64,000 nucleotides of DNA, from positions 2,842,089 to 2,906,088 of the forward strand of contig CAJINV010000001.1 of NCBI GenBank assembly GCA_905178155.1. The letters are read 5' to 3'. Source of the DNA: Amoebophrya sp. A120 (Eukaryota > Protista > Dinoflagellata). The notes beneath the pieces were generated by a model, which had not been told where the DNA came from, did not search any database, and was given only the letters and a program-made list of their open reading frames with translations. Below are positions 44,979-57,425 of the stretch, in pieces (position 1 is the first letter of the stretch; every line of letters begins with the position of its first letter). Both the position numbers and the translations under genes were made by a program.

Positions 44979-46045
44979 GATTGATGGTTGAGCGCAGATT
45001 CTCAGCCTATGACTATGAGTTGGGTAGGCTTTCTAAGGTGGATCACAACTCCTCGCATGCCTATTCATCAGTTTGCAGCTGTTGTAGTAGTCATATTTCT
45101 GCAGCCAGACGACCGTGGCAACACATCCTCATAGAAGCATGAGGGCTCTGCTATCTTCGACATCGCCAACTGCTCCACGTCCACTCTTGTTGAATTCGAT
45201 CTCTACCTCGCTCAGGTTCCGCCATTAAGCCTTATCACACAACAACCTTGCACACGACACGAGCACAACTTCCCCCAGGGACGAGCGCTATTTTTCTACA
45301 GTACACGACAAGCACATCGAGGTCGGCAATGCACATACCATGTTGCTTAGATGTTTACTCCAATTTACAATTGAGCGTCGAGTCAGGGAAAAATTGCGGA
45401 ACAAGTGACGCGAGCAAATCCCACGTATGTGCTAGATAGGCAGCGCAGCTCCGTCTTTTTTTTCATCTTCATCGTTCTACTTACTTCTAGTACTTTGAAA
45501 CGGAAACCAGTAAGCGAACAAGAAAGCAAAGTTGAAGCAGATGCATATTATTTCGTCCGTCCTGCTCAGCTGGTAGAGCGCCTTTATTCAAAAGCAGCTC
45601 CACGACCTCCTGACAGGAAAGCACTTTTCACTATCTTGGAGGTGACTTTACTTTTTGCTTGCTGTGGTGCGGCAAGCAGATAGGAATAAAACCTCGAAAA
45701 GCGAAACGGATAAAGTACGCAGCGTTGATACAAAGATATTTGGGTTTTACCCTTATTTCTCATTCTCGAAGGGTGCTTCGCCACCTTCGTCGCGGAGCGG
45801 GTGGTTGCCGTTGCTTTTGAGTGTAACATACGTAAAGCTAGGATTGATTTTTCCAAGGCTGTGAGTGTAGCTTTATTGAGAGAGATCGACATCATGATCA
45901 TAACTGTAGAAAAATACGGAGTGGAGAGGAGAGCTGCTTGAAACTTGTTCCTTCGCAACTTAGTTAATCTTGCATACAACGAAACGCGGCTGACTCACGA
46001 TCGAGTTTTAGTTTTTGAAACTACACGTAGTCCTTCGAGTACCTC

Positions 46046-48767
46046 CTAGGACCCATACGGCAGCATCTTCATCATTCTCTGCCCAATCGCGGACTGCCGG
46101 AAGTGCGTCAAGTCCATCTGGGACATGACGTAGCTCAAGTCGTCAAATTTCGAGAACACCTCCGGCACGTCTTTCACCAAAAACACCTTTTTGCTATTGT
46201 CGATATCGCCCCCGACTAATCGGTACAGTTGCAAATCCCCCTCGTTCAACGCCAGCTGTGAACAGTTTTGGTGCGCGCCCACGTCAGCGACGATGTCCAT
46301 GTCGAAGAACTTGTACGTGCGGCCCACCGGAACGGAGCACATCTTGTCGCAGCAGCCCCGGGCTTCCTTCTGCTATCCTGTGTAAAAACGTCCCCACGCC
46401 AGAGCTGTAATGCAAATGCGCAATAACAGGAACGTTTATAATGCGCAGCTCCATGAGAAGCATTTCCAAACGTGTTTTGAAATTTGTAATGCTGTAAACA
46501 GGATGAGAAAGTCGCTTACTCATGCGGCTTCCCGCCTTGCTAACCAGCACTACACTGCAGAGGCAAACCTGTCATGCGCAACTCCCAAAACTTGGAGATT
46601 TGTCTAGCAGATTTCCCATCTTGACTATGGGGTGGGGACGTTTTTGCTCACGATATCTGCGCCTTCTTCGCGATCTGCCGGTCCTGCATCTTGCGGATGC
46701 GGGCCGCGGCGTATTACTGTGAAAAATGCCCCCACCCCAAAAGTTGCAATAATTTGCGATGCGAAGTTTCCAAATGAAAACTTTTTGTCATGCATGAAAG
46801 GAATATGAATCCTTGTGATGCAAAGTCTAGGCGTATATAGCATTGCTTGCATGACAAGCGCCGCTCTTGCTGGGATCTGTTGCAATACAAATCTTCGCTA
46901 TTCACGATTGGAAATCTGTGATGCTGCTAGATGCAAGAGGGCGAGTGTTTCTGTTAGAAAAGTTTGCAATACAAATCCTCCCAAGTTCGGGGGTGGGGGC
47001 GTTTTTTATTGTGATACGGCGTCACCGGCGCAACAGCACATGTCTTCCATCGACGCGCGACAGCAGAAGAAGCAGCTGTAGAAGGGAAAGCAGGCGAGGT
47101 GCGCCGGGTCGTCGCAGAGGTACCAAAAGTCCCACTCCGTGTACAGGACGCGTTCCGAGGTGATCTTGTACTGCGGCTTGGCGCAACAATGCGCGTTGAA
47201 CAGGTAACCACAGCAGGTTATCACACAGAAAAAAACTGGCAGGTCGTATTTGTAATGCAAAAATAAATAGACAAAAAAATTTGTATTGCATATCCTAAAT
47301 AGCATGCTACGAGGCCGCCCATGACAGATTTTTCTGCGTATTTATTTTTGCATTACAAATATGCCCTGCCAGCTTTTTTCTGTGGGATACAGGTGCGCTT
47401 CGTCGTCTCACTGTCGTAGTACACCGCTTCTTTGTGCTTGTCCACAGTCTTCGTCGCAGGGCCATCCATGCCGGCCGGCCAGGTCCAGGTTACCTGGTGA
47501 GGTTTCGATAGAAGGATTGAAATTCGAGGAGAGGCTGAGGCGTTCTTTCGTCCTCAGTTGTAAAATTCAAGTAGTCTTCTTTGTGGTATCTTGATCTTTG
47601 ACTTTGAAATACGAACAAACCCAGAGACTGCAACATGAAAAACCCTGCTCTTACCGCCCCCATCAGCCTGCCCAAGCCCATCGCGGCCAAGCCCTTCAAG
47701 TTCATGCGCGACAAGCGGAACGTCATTTGCTGAAACACGGTGGCCACGTCCGGGACGTCGTTCAGAATGAAGGTGCTGCTCGAGTCGGACAGGTCGCCTC
47801 CCGCGAGCTTGTGCAGCACCATGTCGCCTTCCCCGCGGCAGATCTGGCACAGGTTTTGGTGTGCGCTTATGTCCACGATCAGGTCGGCATTAAACTGGTC
47901 CAGCTGCCTGCCGGAAACGCAGTTGCACTTCCCGTAGCAGCACCGGGTCCACTCCCACCGAGAGTAGACGTACCGGACATCGGTGACTTTGTTCCAGCCC
48001 GGGCAAGACATGCAGTAGTGGATTTTACCTGATTTTTATTCAACATTGATTCCTGTGCAGACTTTCTTTACTCTGGACTTGGCCTAAGGCAATGGAGGAG
48101 TACACAAAGCATTTTCCTTCTGGCGCGCTCGTGCTCTTCCATCAACACTTAAGCTGCAGTTCGGTTTTTTACAAATGCGCAAATCAATGCAAATTCAAAT
48201 TCTACCTTATCGAGAAGAAGATAATAAAGAGTTCTTTTTGTTCTTACCAGCAACCGATCGATGCGATGTGGCGCTGTTGTAGAAGACCGTTTCGTTTTTC
48301 ACGACGGAAAACGCTTGCATGTCGTCTGTGGTTCCCTGCTTTGGGGCCATGAGGTGCTGCCCTTCTTTGAGGATCGACTCAACCGCGTTCGGGTGCTGTG
48401 CGAGTTTCTGAGCGAAAGAGGATAACTCGAGTTTAATATTCCTGTCCTCTGCCACGACCATGTCGTTCTGCACTGGCGCTTGCAGTTTTGGGCCGAAATA
48501 ATCCTCGTCTGCTGAAGAACTGGAGGGGCTCGACCCCGTGAACAAACTCTCGAGTGCGTAGCAGGGCGAGCTGGGATCCACCGGCAAGTCGTTGATCAGA
48601 ACCCCCGGTCTGGACAAGAGTAACCAGTCGAGCAGACTACCACTTTTTGCTTGATTAAAGTCGTCTTCCGGGTCGATATCCTCTACTGGGAGCCGCCGCG
48701 ACCGGTCCGGCGGAGGGTACCGCGGGGCACCGGGCGGGATCCGGAAAGGTCCACCTCCCGGGGCCAT
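46046..48767 (-). CDS. Cys-rich protein with two tandem bacterial-PH (bPH_2)-like domains; 2 GT-AG introns and 3 introners
   Basis: Two homologous halves (VTDVRYVY...IVDISAHQNLCQICRGEGDM / ITSERVLY...IVADVGAHQNCSQLALNEGDL). Joins TKRTCCGY, GDAAARIR and KAQKEARG. Confidence 0.65.
46374..46655. mobile_element. Introner, family B (282 bp)
   Basis: TATCCTGTGTAAAAACGTCCCCAC ... GTGGGGACGTTTTTGCTCACGATA; repeat TCTGC. Confidence 0.9.
46712..47016. mobile_element. Introner, B-related family (305 bp)
   Basis: TATTACTGTGAAAAATGCCCCCACCCC ... GGGGTGGGGGCGTTTTTTATTGTGATA; repeat CGGCG. Confidence 0.85.
47219..47389. mobile_element. Introner, family C (171 bp)
   Basis: TATCACACAGAAAAAAACTGGCAGG ... 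CCTGCCAGCTTTTTTCTGTGGGATA; repeat CAGGT; homologous to 30248-30425. Confidence 0.92.
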
Positions 48768-50094
48768 TTTCTGGCTTTTCTACGTTCAACTTCAAACTCT
48801 GCTACGAGTCGAGTGATAGAACTTTCTACTTCTATACCGGTTTCGTTCTTTGTGTACCTACACGATAGCTCCTTCACTCATGATAGGCGCGAGGGCGACT
48901 CGGAAACGCGGCGATCCAACTAAATACTCACACGAGCAGAACACGCACGAGCTTCCTTAGCGAGTCTCGTACTAATTCCTCGCTCTCTCATCTCTCTCTC
49001 TCTCTCTCTCTGGCTTCTGAATCGCAAGCAGCTGGAGCTGCTTGATGAGCAGGACCAGCGTGACACTTCCAGTCTGGAGGTCGAGGAAAACCAAACACAA
49101 CGTTGTGTCGTCTGCCAGTAGCAGTACCGGAAGCCCGATGGGAGCTTCATTCCGTGCCCGCGTCGTGAACTTTTTGAAAAGAAAGAACGTCAAAACCGTT
49201 GTAGACTTACAACTGACTTTCTGAAGAAGCAGCAGAAATATGATCAAAAGTTCGGCCGGATTCTGCTTGGAGTTTATGGTACGTCGGTGTGGATTTTTCT
49301 CACCACTTCAAGCCCACAACGGATCAAGAGTAGCTTTTCAGGAAAGTACGGAGCCGCGTGCCTTGTCTCACCGACGTACCATGTGTTTCTGCTTCTGGTC
49401 TGTTACGTACAGTACATTTGTTTTCGTTGATGTCTTCATTGCAATAGCCACATAGCGATATTACCGGGCTCGGTTGATGCATTGGTTGCGATTGTTTCTG
49501 TCCCGCACTCACTAAGACCGAGGGTGGGGTACTAAAAATAGTATTGAACCACCTGAATGCGATTTTGATTTCTGTATTCTCGTAGTAGTAAAGCAAGCCC
49601 GTCAAATGGCAAGAAATATCGGGGCCTGAGATACAAAAAGACATGCATGTTGCCTTACGGTTACGGTCGAGCAAAACTTTCGTGAAATTTACATTTGGTG
49701 GCTTCTGGTGTTTTGAGTTTCATTGAGTAAAGTGTGCTAAGGCAGATATTTTTGATTTGTATTCTGTGTACAGCTCGTTATTCACATTGTCATAGCACCA
49801 GAAAAATGCATACAGTTTTTTTACGATTATAGAGCTGTGGAGCACGAGCACAGATAGTGCAGCAAAGGCCTCACGACCTGTACCATTAGTGGAAAATCAA
49901 GAAACAGACGAACTCGATTAGAAGTTGAAGTGCGTTGACTTCGAAATACAACCTCGCCCTGGCAACACACTTTATTCCTAACTTCAACTAAACCTACTAC
50001 TACTTCTTTTTCTCCAAGGCCTCGAGCAACGCTCATCCTGATGGCTTCACTTAAAAAGACTGCGGAGGTCGCTCTCGGCCTTGGTTCGAAGCAG

Positions 50095-53000
50095 TCATTC
50101 AGCTCTTGTAGTCTGCTCTCCATCTTCATCTGCTGCCATGGCACCAACGTCGTCCTGATCTTCCTTGTCCAATTTTGCCAGCCACTCCGTTGCTCTGTTC
50201 AGTGCTACCTTGGCCAAGGCGTGGTCCAGGAACAGCATGAAAGGCGTGTGTGCGTGCGTCGCGTCGTAGATCTCCAGTCGGTAGTTCGCTGCGTTCTTCG
50301 GATTCACGTGCCGTAGCTTGCGCCAGAAATCGATTCCGTCGTCAATGAGCAACTCACGGCCGCCAATCTGCATCAACAGCTGGAGGTGTCGGAACACCGG
50401 CGAGGCGGCGATGACACCGGCGTGCAGAATCGGATCGGCCTCTTCGTCCAGCTCGGCTTCGTGCGGGATCAGTTCCTCGGCCGAGTCCAGAGACAGCGCG
50501 GCAGGCGAGAGCGGACCCGGCGTCTCGCTTGTTCCGAGTCGCCGCAGAGGCCGGTTGAGCCGGGGACTGTGGCTATCGTGTTGGTTATCGGGCGACCGAT
50601 TCGATTCGGGTGTAACATTCGGCGGCGCGGGTGCGCCGCGTCGCGAAGCGAGGAAGTTTGCCATCAAGGATGTCATCGACAATCTCGATTCCTGTCGCGT
50701 CGTCGGCGTTGCACTTGACCCCGTTGGCTGCGCGGGGGCTGTGGACTCTTCTTGCTGGTCTTGTAGCATTGGGGCCGGACGCGAGGACCCGCTTCCTCGC
50801 GCAGTCTGCTGGTGTTGTCCCTGTTGCGCGTACGTCTTCCCCTGGGCCGTGCTCGCGGCCATGGTCATCATGCTTGGTTCGAACACGTCCAACCCTCGCG
50901 CCGCAATCGCTTCGAAGTTGACTTGATTCTCGCCGGGAAAGACCACCGAATGCTCGCCAATGTAGTCGATGTTTAACCAAGGCGAAATCAAAACCACGGC
51001 CGCCGGAGCCACCTTCTCCTCAGGCTTCTTCCCTTTGCCAAAAACAAACAGCCCCGGCTGGCGCTTCCCCCGCCCCGACGCGGGGGCCGGGCCGGCTGTG
51101 GCTGCAGACGCTTGATGTGATTGCTGTTGTGAAGATTCTACTTCCAACACGGAGTCCGACGCCTCGCCACCACGGAATACGGGAGCGCTTTCAGGCAATC
51201 GAGCTGGTGGTCCAGATGAAGCTGCGGTTTGGTCGTTCCCAACTTTCGCACTTGCTTGTTCCGCTGTCAACATCTCACCAGCATCGACCACCATCGCGTT
51301 CTTGTCCACTGCTTGTTCATTTTCTCCCGCTGCAATCGCAGCTGCAGCCTCCTGTTCTCTCAACAGTCGCAATTGCTCTGCCTCCTCTTGTTCCTTTGCC
51401 GCCGCGTTCTTTGCAATCCGGGCCAACATCCAGACGACCAGCGACGCGCCGGCCGAGTCGCCCCAGAGGATAATTCGGTCGGGTGCGATTCCGCAGTCTT
51501 TCAGCAGGTACTGTTTCCACGCACCCTCGTACACGTCCGCCACCGAATCTTTCAACGTGACCCCGTTGATATCCTGTGCAAAAGCATCGCACTCGTAGTA
51601 ATTGCAGTCATGCATGACAAATCTGGTTCCTTAGCTTATTCAGCATTACAAATTCCATTTTTCCTTCTGGGAAAACTTGTAATGCTATTTCTACTAGTAC
51701 GATACTTTTGCAATGCATAGTTGAACGGCGGTTTCCGGTAATCCACCGCGAACAGGACAATTTTGCTTTGTTTTGCCCAGTTGTAGGTCCACAGCCTCAC
51801 GTTAGCCGCGGACGCGCCGAGAAAGGCGCCGCCGTGAACGTACAGGTAAATTTTCCGGCTTGGGTCCTCGTTCAAATAGCTTTTGACGGCGATTTTCATC
51901 GTTTCCTTGTCCGTCGGCTCCGGGTTTACCACGACACTGTAGGAGCTCCACCGCGAACTACGGGTCTGCTGCTGCTGCCGTCCGCTGGATGTTCGCCCGT
52001 AGAGCAGGCTGCGCTCGAAAATCCACTCTCCATTTCCCTCCACGGTGACCACCTCCGTTCCCTCCTGCCCGGTCTCTTCGGGGGCGTCTTTGCTCTCCTT
52101 CTGCCGGGCATAGTCGAACTTGTAGGTGGTGATAATTTTCCCCACTTCCTTCGTCGGGAGCACGAACGGCGGCGGCGGAATCTCCGAGGTGAACTGCAGG
52201 GCTTTCGTCACCGTCGGGTGCTTTAAAGCGGGCGCGAGGGAGCAGAAAGCCTTAAACCCCACACACCACAGCGTTTCCCGCCAGAAACTCGGCAAGCCGG
52301 GCACGTGCTTGTCGCTCAGCGCATGATCCGGGTCGCTCGGCGTGCCAGCGTTCACGGAGTGTGGTCCGCGCGTCGTGGAAACGCCAAGATTCTGAAAGCG
52401 CTCGCATAAAGAGCGCTCGTCCGCAGTCGCAGCCGCACGCGCGGCGGACTGGTCCCTCTGTTGCGAGAGACCAGGAGCAACTGTATGTGGGCTAGTGCTG
52501 CGATCGTAAGTTTGCGTCACCGCATCCCCCAGGACCGGACCCCCAACGTCACCACTAATCATCTCCTCGATATCTGCTTCCTCCGGCTGTTCCATGAAAT
52601 CTCCGTTGTGCATTTGACTGCCGCTGTCTTCCGACTCGCCCGTTCCCGCAACCCGCGGCAGGCGCTCCGCCTCGTCGTCGCAGCCCTCCGCCGGGTACAG
52701 TTGTGCCAGCGCGCGCTTGTAGGCGGCGGACAGGAAGTAGTGGTCCGCAACGTACTGGCACCCGTCGGCGACAAAATTCCGCCGGTCCAACAGCGCTCCG
52801 TACCGCACCGGAAAGTGGCGGCGCAGCAGGCCATGCCCCTGGTGCAAACCGGCCAGTGCGAAGCGCTGCAGCAATGATGCGGAAGTAGGCATCGGGACGA
52901 TCGAGAGCTCTCGGCGGAGGGCGTTTGCTGCATCGGTGACAGCTTGCTCTTCTGTTTGTTGCTGTTCCCCCGCTAACAGCGGCAAACTGCGAGTCCGATT

Positions 53001-56000
53001 ACGGGTCAGCTGGAGTTGCTGCGCAACTGCGGCAGCGACTCCAGTTGTATTTGCTGCTTGATGAACTGCCCCAGCAGCTCCTGCTGCTGTCGAATTAGGT
53101 TGTACAGCCGACGCCCCAGAAGATGTTGCACTGGAGCTGCTAGCTGTACCTCCAGCGGCGGCCGGTGCAGATCTCTGGCGCTGGAACAAGTCGAGTTGCA
53201 AAGCTGCAGACATCATTTCCTCATCGCCCTTCAACGTTAATTCTTCGCCGGGATAGAATTGTTCGTCCGCTTGTTCTAGTTCGGCAGTGTCCATTGCTTT
53301 CCGGAGCAAGGTTTTCAGTTCCGCGGACGAATCCGCGGAGAACAAAATCTCCGTTTCCACGGTTTGAATCGCAGTGGTCGGATCTTCCCCCTGTGGAATC
53401 ACCGCGCCAAGGCGCACGAAAATGGGCAGCGGTGCCCAGAAGTCCTCCGGGTGGTCGTTCAGCACCTGAAACCAGCGGTTCCGGCTGGAGGGCGTCATCG
53501 CGGGCATGTGAGTATGGATTGTAAAAAAGTCTGGGTCTGGAAGATTCTGATACTTGTCATGCACGTTTTGCATGAGCCATGATGTCGGTGATGCATGCCC
53601 TAGCATCACAGATTTTTTGAGGGCTTCTTGATGCCTATTCCGCATGACAAATGCCCTCTCCGCGTAGCACAAATTGCGTTCTCTTTGCTGCTCATGCAAT
53701 ACAGATTTTTTTGGAATCCAAGTTCAGCATCACAAGTTTCATTCTACTTCCAGACCCAGACATTTTTGCATTTGATAGTGAGATTCCGGACGCAAATCGT
53801 CTTCGGAAACGTCGTATCCTGTGCAAAAGTATCGTAGTCGCACTAATGGAAAATATGCATGACAAATCTCCTTCCTAGGGTAAAACAGCATTACAAATTC
53901 CACTTTTTAAATTGCCAAAATTTGTGATGCAATTCGTACTAGTACGATACTTTTGCAATGCATACATCGAGCTCCTTGGGGATGAAGTGCTTGCGGCTTA
54001 TATCGTAAAGAAAAATCGTAATCGCCCCTCCCCATATCGAAAGGGCACGCCTCAGAGAATTTGTGATGCTGATTTGTGACCACAAATCGCGCCTGTCTTG
54101 CAAGAAAGCAACGGCATATGCTCCGCCCCTTTATGCAGGCGGTTTGTAATGCTGTTGGGCGCTACAGCATAGACATCCCTCATGCTACTTGCCTAGGCCA
54201 AAACGACCTCTCTACATTGGCATGATAGTATGGGCCTGCAGTCCTCCACTGCAAAACAGAGCTGATTTGTGTACACAAATCCAGCAACAGAAATTTCCGG
54301 TTCGATATGGGGAGGGGGGATTTTTCATTTTGATAGCTTAAGCCCTCGCTGACCTTGTGCATCAACTGGCAACGCCCCACCGGAGTTTTGCGGTTCAAAA
54401 TGTCCACTGCTTTTGCCAGGTAGTCCCGGCAGGTCGGCAGCAAATCGCAACGATCCTGCGTGTCGAGGAGCAAATTGTTTGCTCCGGTGACATCTTCGGC
54501 TTGATCCGCTTGACTTTCACCTCCTGCTTGCCCCATTGTAGAACTCAACTCGATTTCGTGCAAAGGACCAGCTGTTCTTGTTCCGCCCCCTCTTGCACGC
54601 AACATGTCAACGTCTGCCTGCGAGGAAGACGTTGCAAGCCCGCTGTTTGGGTCATTGTTGCTTCTGCGCGACGCCAGAAAACCGTCGCTCTTGTCCCGAC
54701 GATTCCTCAACGGAGAATGGAATCGCCAACCTTGCGCTCGTGGCCCCTCGCCATGCGGGCCGTTGTGGGAAATCCTATATTGGGTACGAAGAGGTATGAT
54801 CTTCTTTTATTGATTCTAGTCATGAGAAGTGCGAACACGTCTTGTCTCATCAACGCAAAAGATGCTTGCAAAAGAAAGAGTCATTCCAGCGAAACGGAAA
54901 GTGTAAATGAATACGCTGATGCATTGTTCGAGTTAACGAACAAGTTCGACGCCGCGCTGCCACTCGTCGCCCCGGCGGAGTGGTGCTGAGACTTGAATTT
55001 GTGGGCGGCTTTTTGCGTCGGCTGTCCGTCGATTTGCAACAACGAGTCGGAGAGTTTTCTCTTCAGCTCCGCTTTTTCAACTTCAGACAAAACCGATTCG
55101 GAGCTGCTGTTCAAATGGGCGGACCCGACATGGCTCTCCAACGCGAACTGCAACAATTGCAACCCGACTTCCGCCGCGGCGCTGGCATTCACCTCTTCCA
55201 GGGCAATTTGCTGGGGGGAACTCGTACCATCAGCGGTACTAGCGCCAGCAGGTGGCGCCACCGATACACGGGACGAGGTAGGAAAATCTTTATTCTGCAA
55301 ATTTTCCGTGGAGGCAATGTTGAAGTGCTGCGGGGGCGGCTCAGTCGACGTCAAGGCCCCTTGTTCTGGCCCCGCACCACATTGGTCCACCGAAGCTGCA
55401 AGCTGCAGTCCCGACCGCGGCGGGGTACTTGCCGTGTAACGTCGACCACGAATCGTTTCTTGCGTGATGATGTTATTGCGACCTCCACTTCCAGTGCTGG
55501 CCTCCCGTGGCGCCGATGCGCCCGCAGGTGGCGCAGGGCCGCCATTCGGCAGCTCGTTGGCGGGGCGGGTCCACAACGACGCTTTCGCTTTGACGCTTGC
55601 GGAGCTCCAATCTTGCTGTGGCGGGGACTGCGAAGAACTTTGTCCAGCTTGCGTCGATGACGTAGCACCTCCTCCACTACTTCCAAGTACAGTAGAACTA
55701 GACGCCTCGAGGTTGTGCAGCCCGGATCCAGAAGACGTGTTCGGGGTTAAAGTGTTTCCGGTGTTCGTGCGACTCACCGTAGGACCCTCCTCGGAAGTTG
55801 TAGCTCCGGCGGCGGAGGAATTTTGATGCAGCATTTTCACCATGCTGTTGACAGCGTCCGCCAAGACCTCGGCAGGCAAGTTCTGAAAGTCAACATCTTG
55901 TTCCAGGTCGGGCGGAATTCCCTGCGTAGTTGTGTCCTCGGCGGTGCGGAACGAGGACTCCAACGAGCGAATCGGTGACAACGCACGTCCCTCCTGGGCG

Positions 56001-56320
56001 ACGTCGTCTTGGTTTTGTACTTTGTGTTGTAGATCTTCCTCGGTCGCAGACGGAGGCGTAGGGGCTTCTCCGAAGAATAAGTGGCTGAAGCCGGCGAATG
56101 ATTTTTTTGCACGAATGGGCAGTAACAGTTGGGTGCCGTTCAGATCTACGGTCGCGCCGCCGAGCCATAAGGCCGCTGCCAGAGCCGTCGACGACGCCGC
56201 ACTGCGATGACGCGCGCGGCTTGGCTTGGCCCGTTGCTGGGCGTGCGGCGCTCGCGGGCTTGTGATGCAACTCGTGTGCATCTGCTCGTTGTGATTGCTG
56301 TCGTGAATCGTTCTGTTCAT
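50095..56320 (-). CDS. Large alpha/beta-hydrolase (HSL/Abhydrolase_3 esterase-lipase) with long low-complexity extensions; 4 introners
   Basis: LYVHGGAF, VDYRKPP, ILWGDSAG, LISPW, IGGRELLIDD and HAH motifs. HGG and GDSAG join in frame across the introner at 51570. The link of 54881-56320 as first exon is inferred. Confidence 0.75.
51570..51719. mobile_element. Introner, TIR family E (150 bp)
   Basis: TATCCTGTGCAAAAGCATCGCACT ... AGTACGATACTTTTGCAATGCATA; repeat GTTGA; join KPPFNGVTL. Confidence 0.88.
53513..53777. mobile_element. Introner, family A (265 bp)
   Basis: TATGGATTGTAAAAAAGTCTGGGTCTGGAAG ... CTTCCAGACCCAGACATTTTTGCATTTGATA; repeat GTGAG; closely similar to 4536-4797. Confidence 0.9.
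53815..53964. mobile_element. Introner, family E (150 bp)
   Basis: TATCCTGTGCAAAAGTATCGTAGT ... AGTACGATACTTTTGCAATGCATA; repeat CGTCG/CATCG. Confidence 0.88.
54001..54335. mobile_element. Introner, family D (335 bp)
   Basis: TATCGTAAAGAAAAATC...CCCCTCCCCATATCGAA ... TTCGATATGGGGAGGGGGGATTTTTCATTTTGATA; repeat GCTTA; join GLSRKHF. Confidence 0.88.
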
Positions 56321-57425
56321 TTTTCTTGTCTTGGTGAGATAAAAGATACTGTATAGTGATAGTCGTGTAAGAAAATACTCGCATGCGCCTCTTATTTTCT
56401 TTTGTTCCGGTAGTCGTAGTGCTGCTGGGTCTGTACTGCTACTGCGATTGATGTCAGTTCTTTTCAGGCTGGTTGTGAGTGTGACTCCAGTGATAAGTTA
56501 GTTGAAAAAATGTCCGACGCAAAAACTGCCACTGCAGATCATGCAGTTGCGCACGAACGTACTTAGGTAGAAGCTTGAAAATTTGGGTATTCTTACGGTG
56601 TAAGTATAAGTAAGTAGTATGACAACTTAAACTGATGATGTAGCGACTCAGTCATCGCAATTAGAATTACAGGTAAAACAGCGGCAAAGTCTTACAGAGA
56701 AAACGAAATGCTAGCACGAGCACGGAGTCTTCTACTTTTCGGACTTTTGTGACGCTGCGGCGAAGAATGCCATTCCTGCTCAAAAGTTTGGTCGCGAGGA
56801 AAATGTTTAGATCGATGCAAAGAAAACGAACCTTGAGAAAAAGCAAAAGTGGTGATTGAACTAGTGCAATGAAATGGAATTCTTGCACGACGCTGCCACG
56901 CACTTCGCGATCATCTTCTTCAGCTGCGGCCATCAACTTCAAAGTACATCTTGGCTTACTTTCCAAAAACTGAATTCACAAAAAACAAAAAGTTCCTCTT
57001 CCTGCTGTCACATCTTCGAGCGTGTATTTACATTTTACAATTTCCACTTGAAGAGATGACTGCCGTTGCACAGTCAAGGGGATAATTCTACACCACTAGC
57101 TTGAACAAAACATAGAAGGATGGATTGCGTATCTGCTGCTTTGCAGAACGGAAGCGAGTTTTGTTTTTTCTTCGAAACACCTCTCGTGCGGTGGCTGCTC
57201 GGGCCCGACCGCTGGGTCAATTGTACAACATTGAGCGCGTGCGCGATGGCAGGCAGACGCAGATTTTAATTGAGAATCGGATGCCATGCCATGAGGCCGA
57301 TAGTGCTCTTCTCATTCCCCCCAAGCAGACCACATCGGAGTGCAAAGAGTGACCTTTTTGTGGTCGAGAACTACACATCTTCAGCACCTCCTCGCTTCAA
57401 CGACACGGCAGGGCATAGCTGTCTA

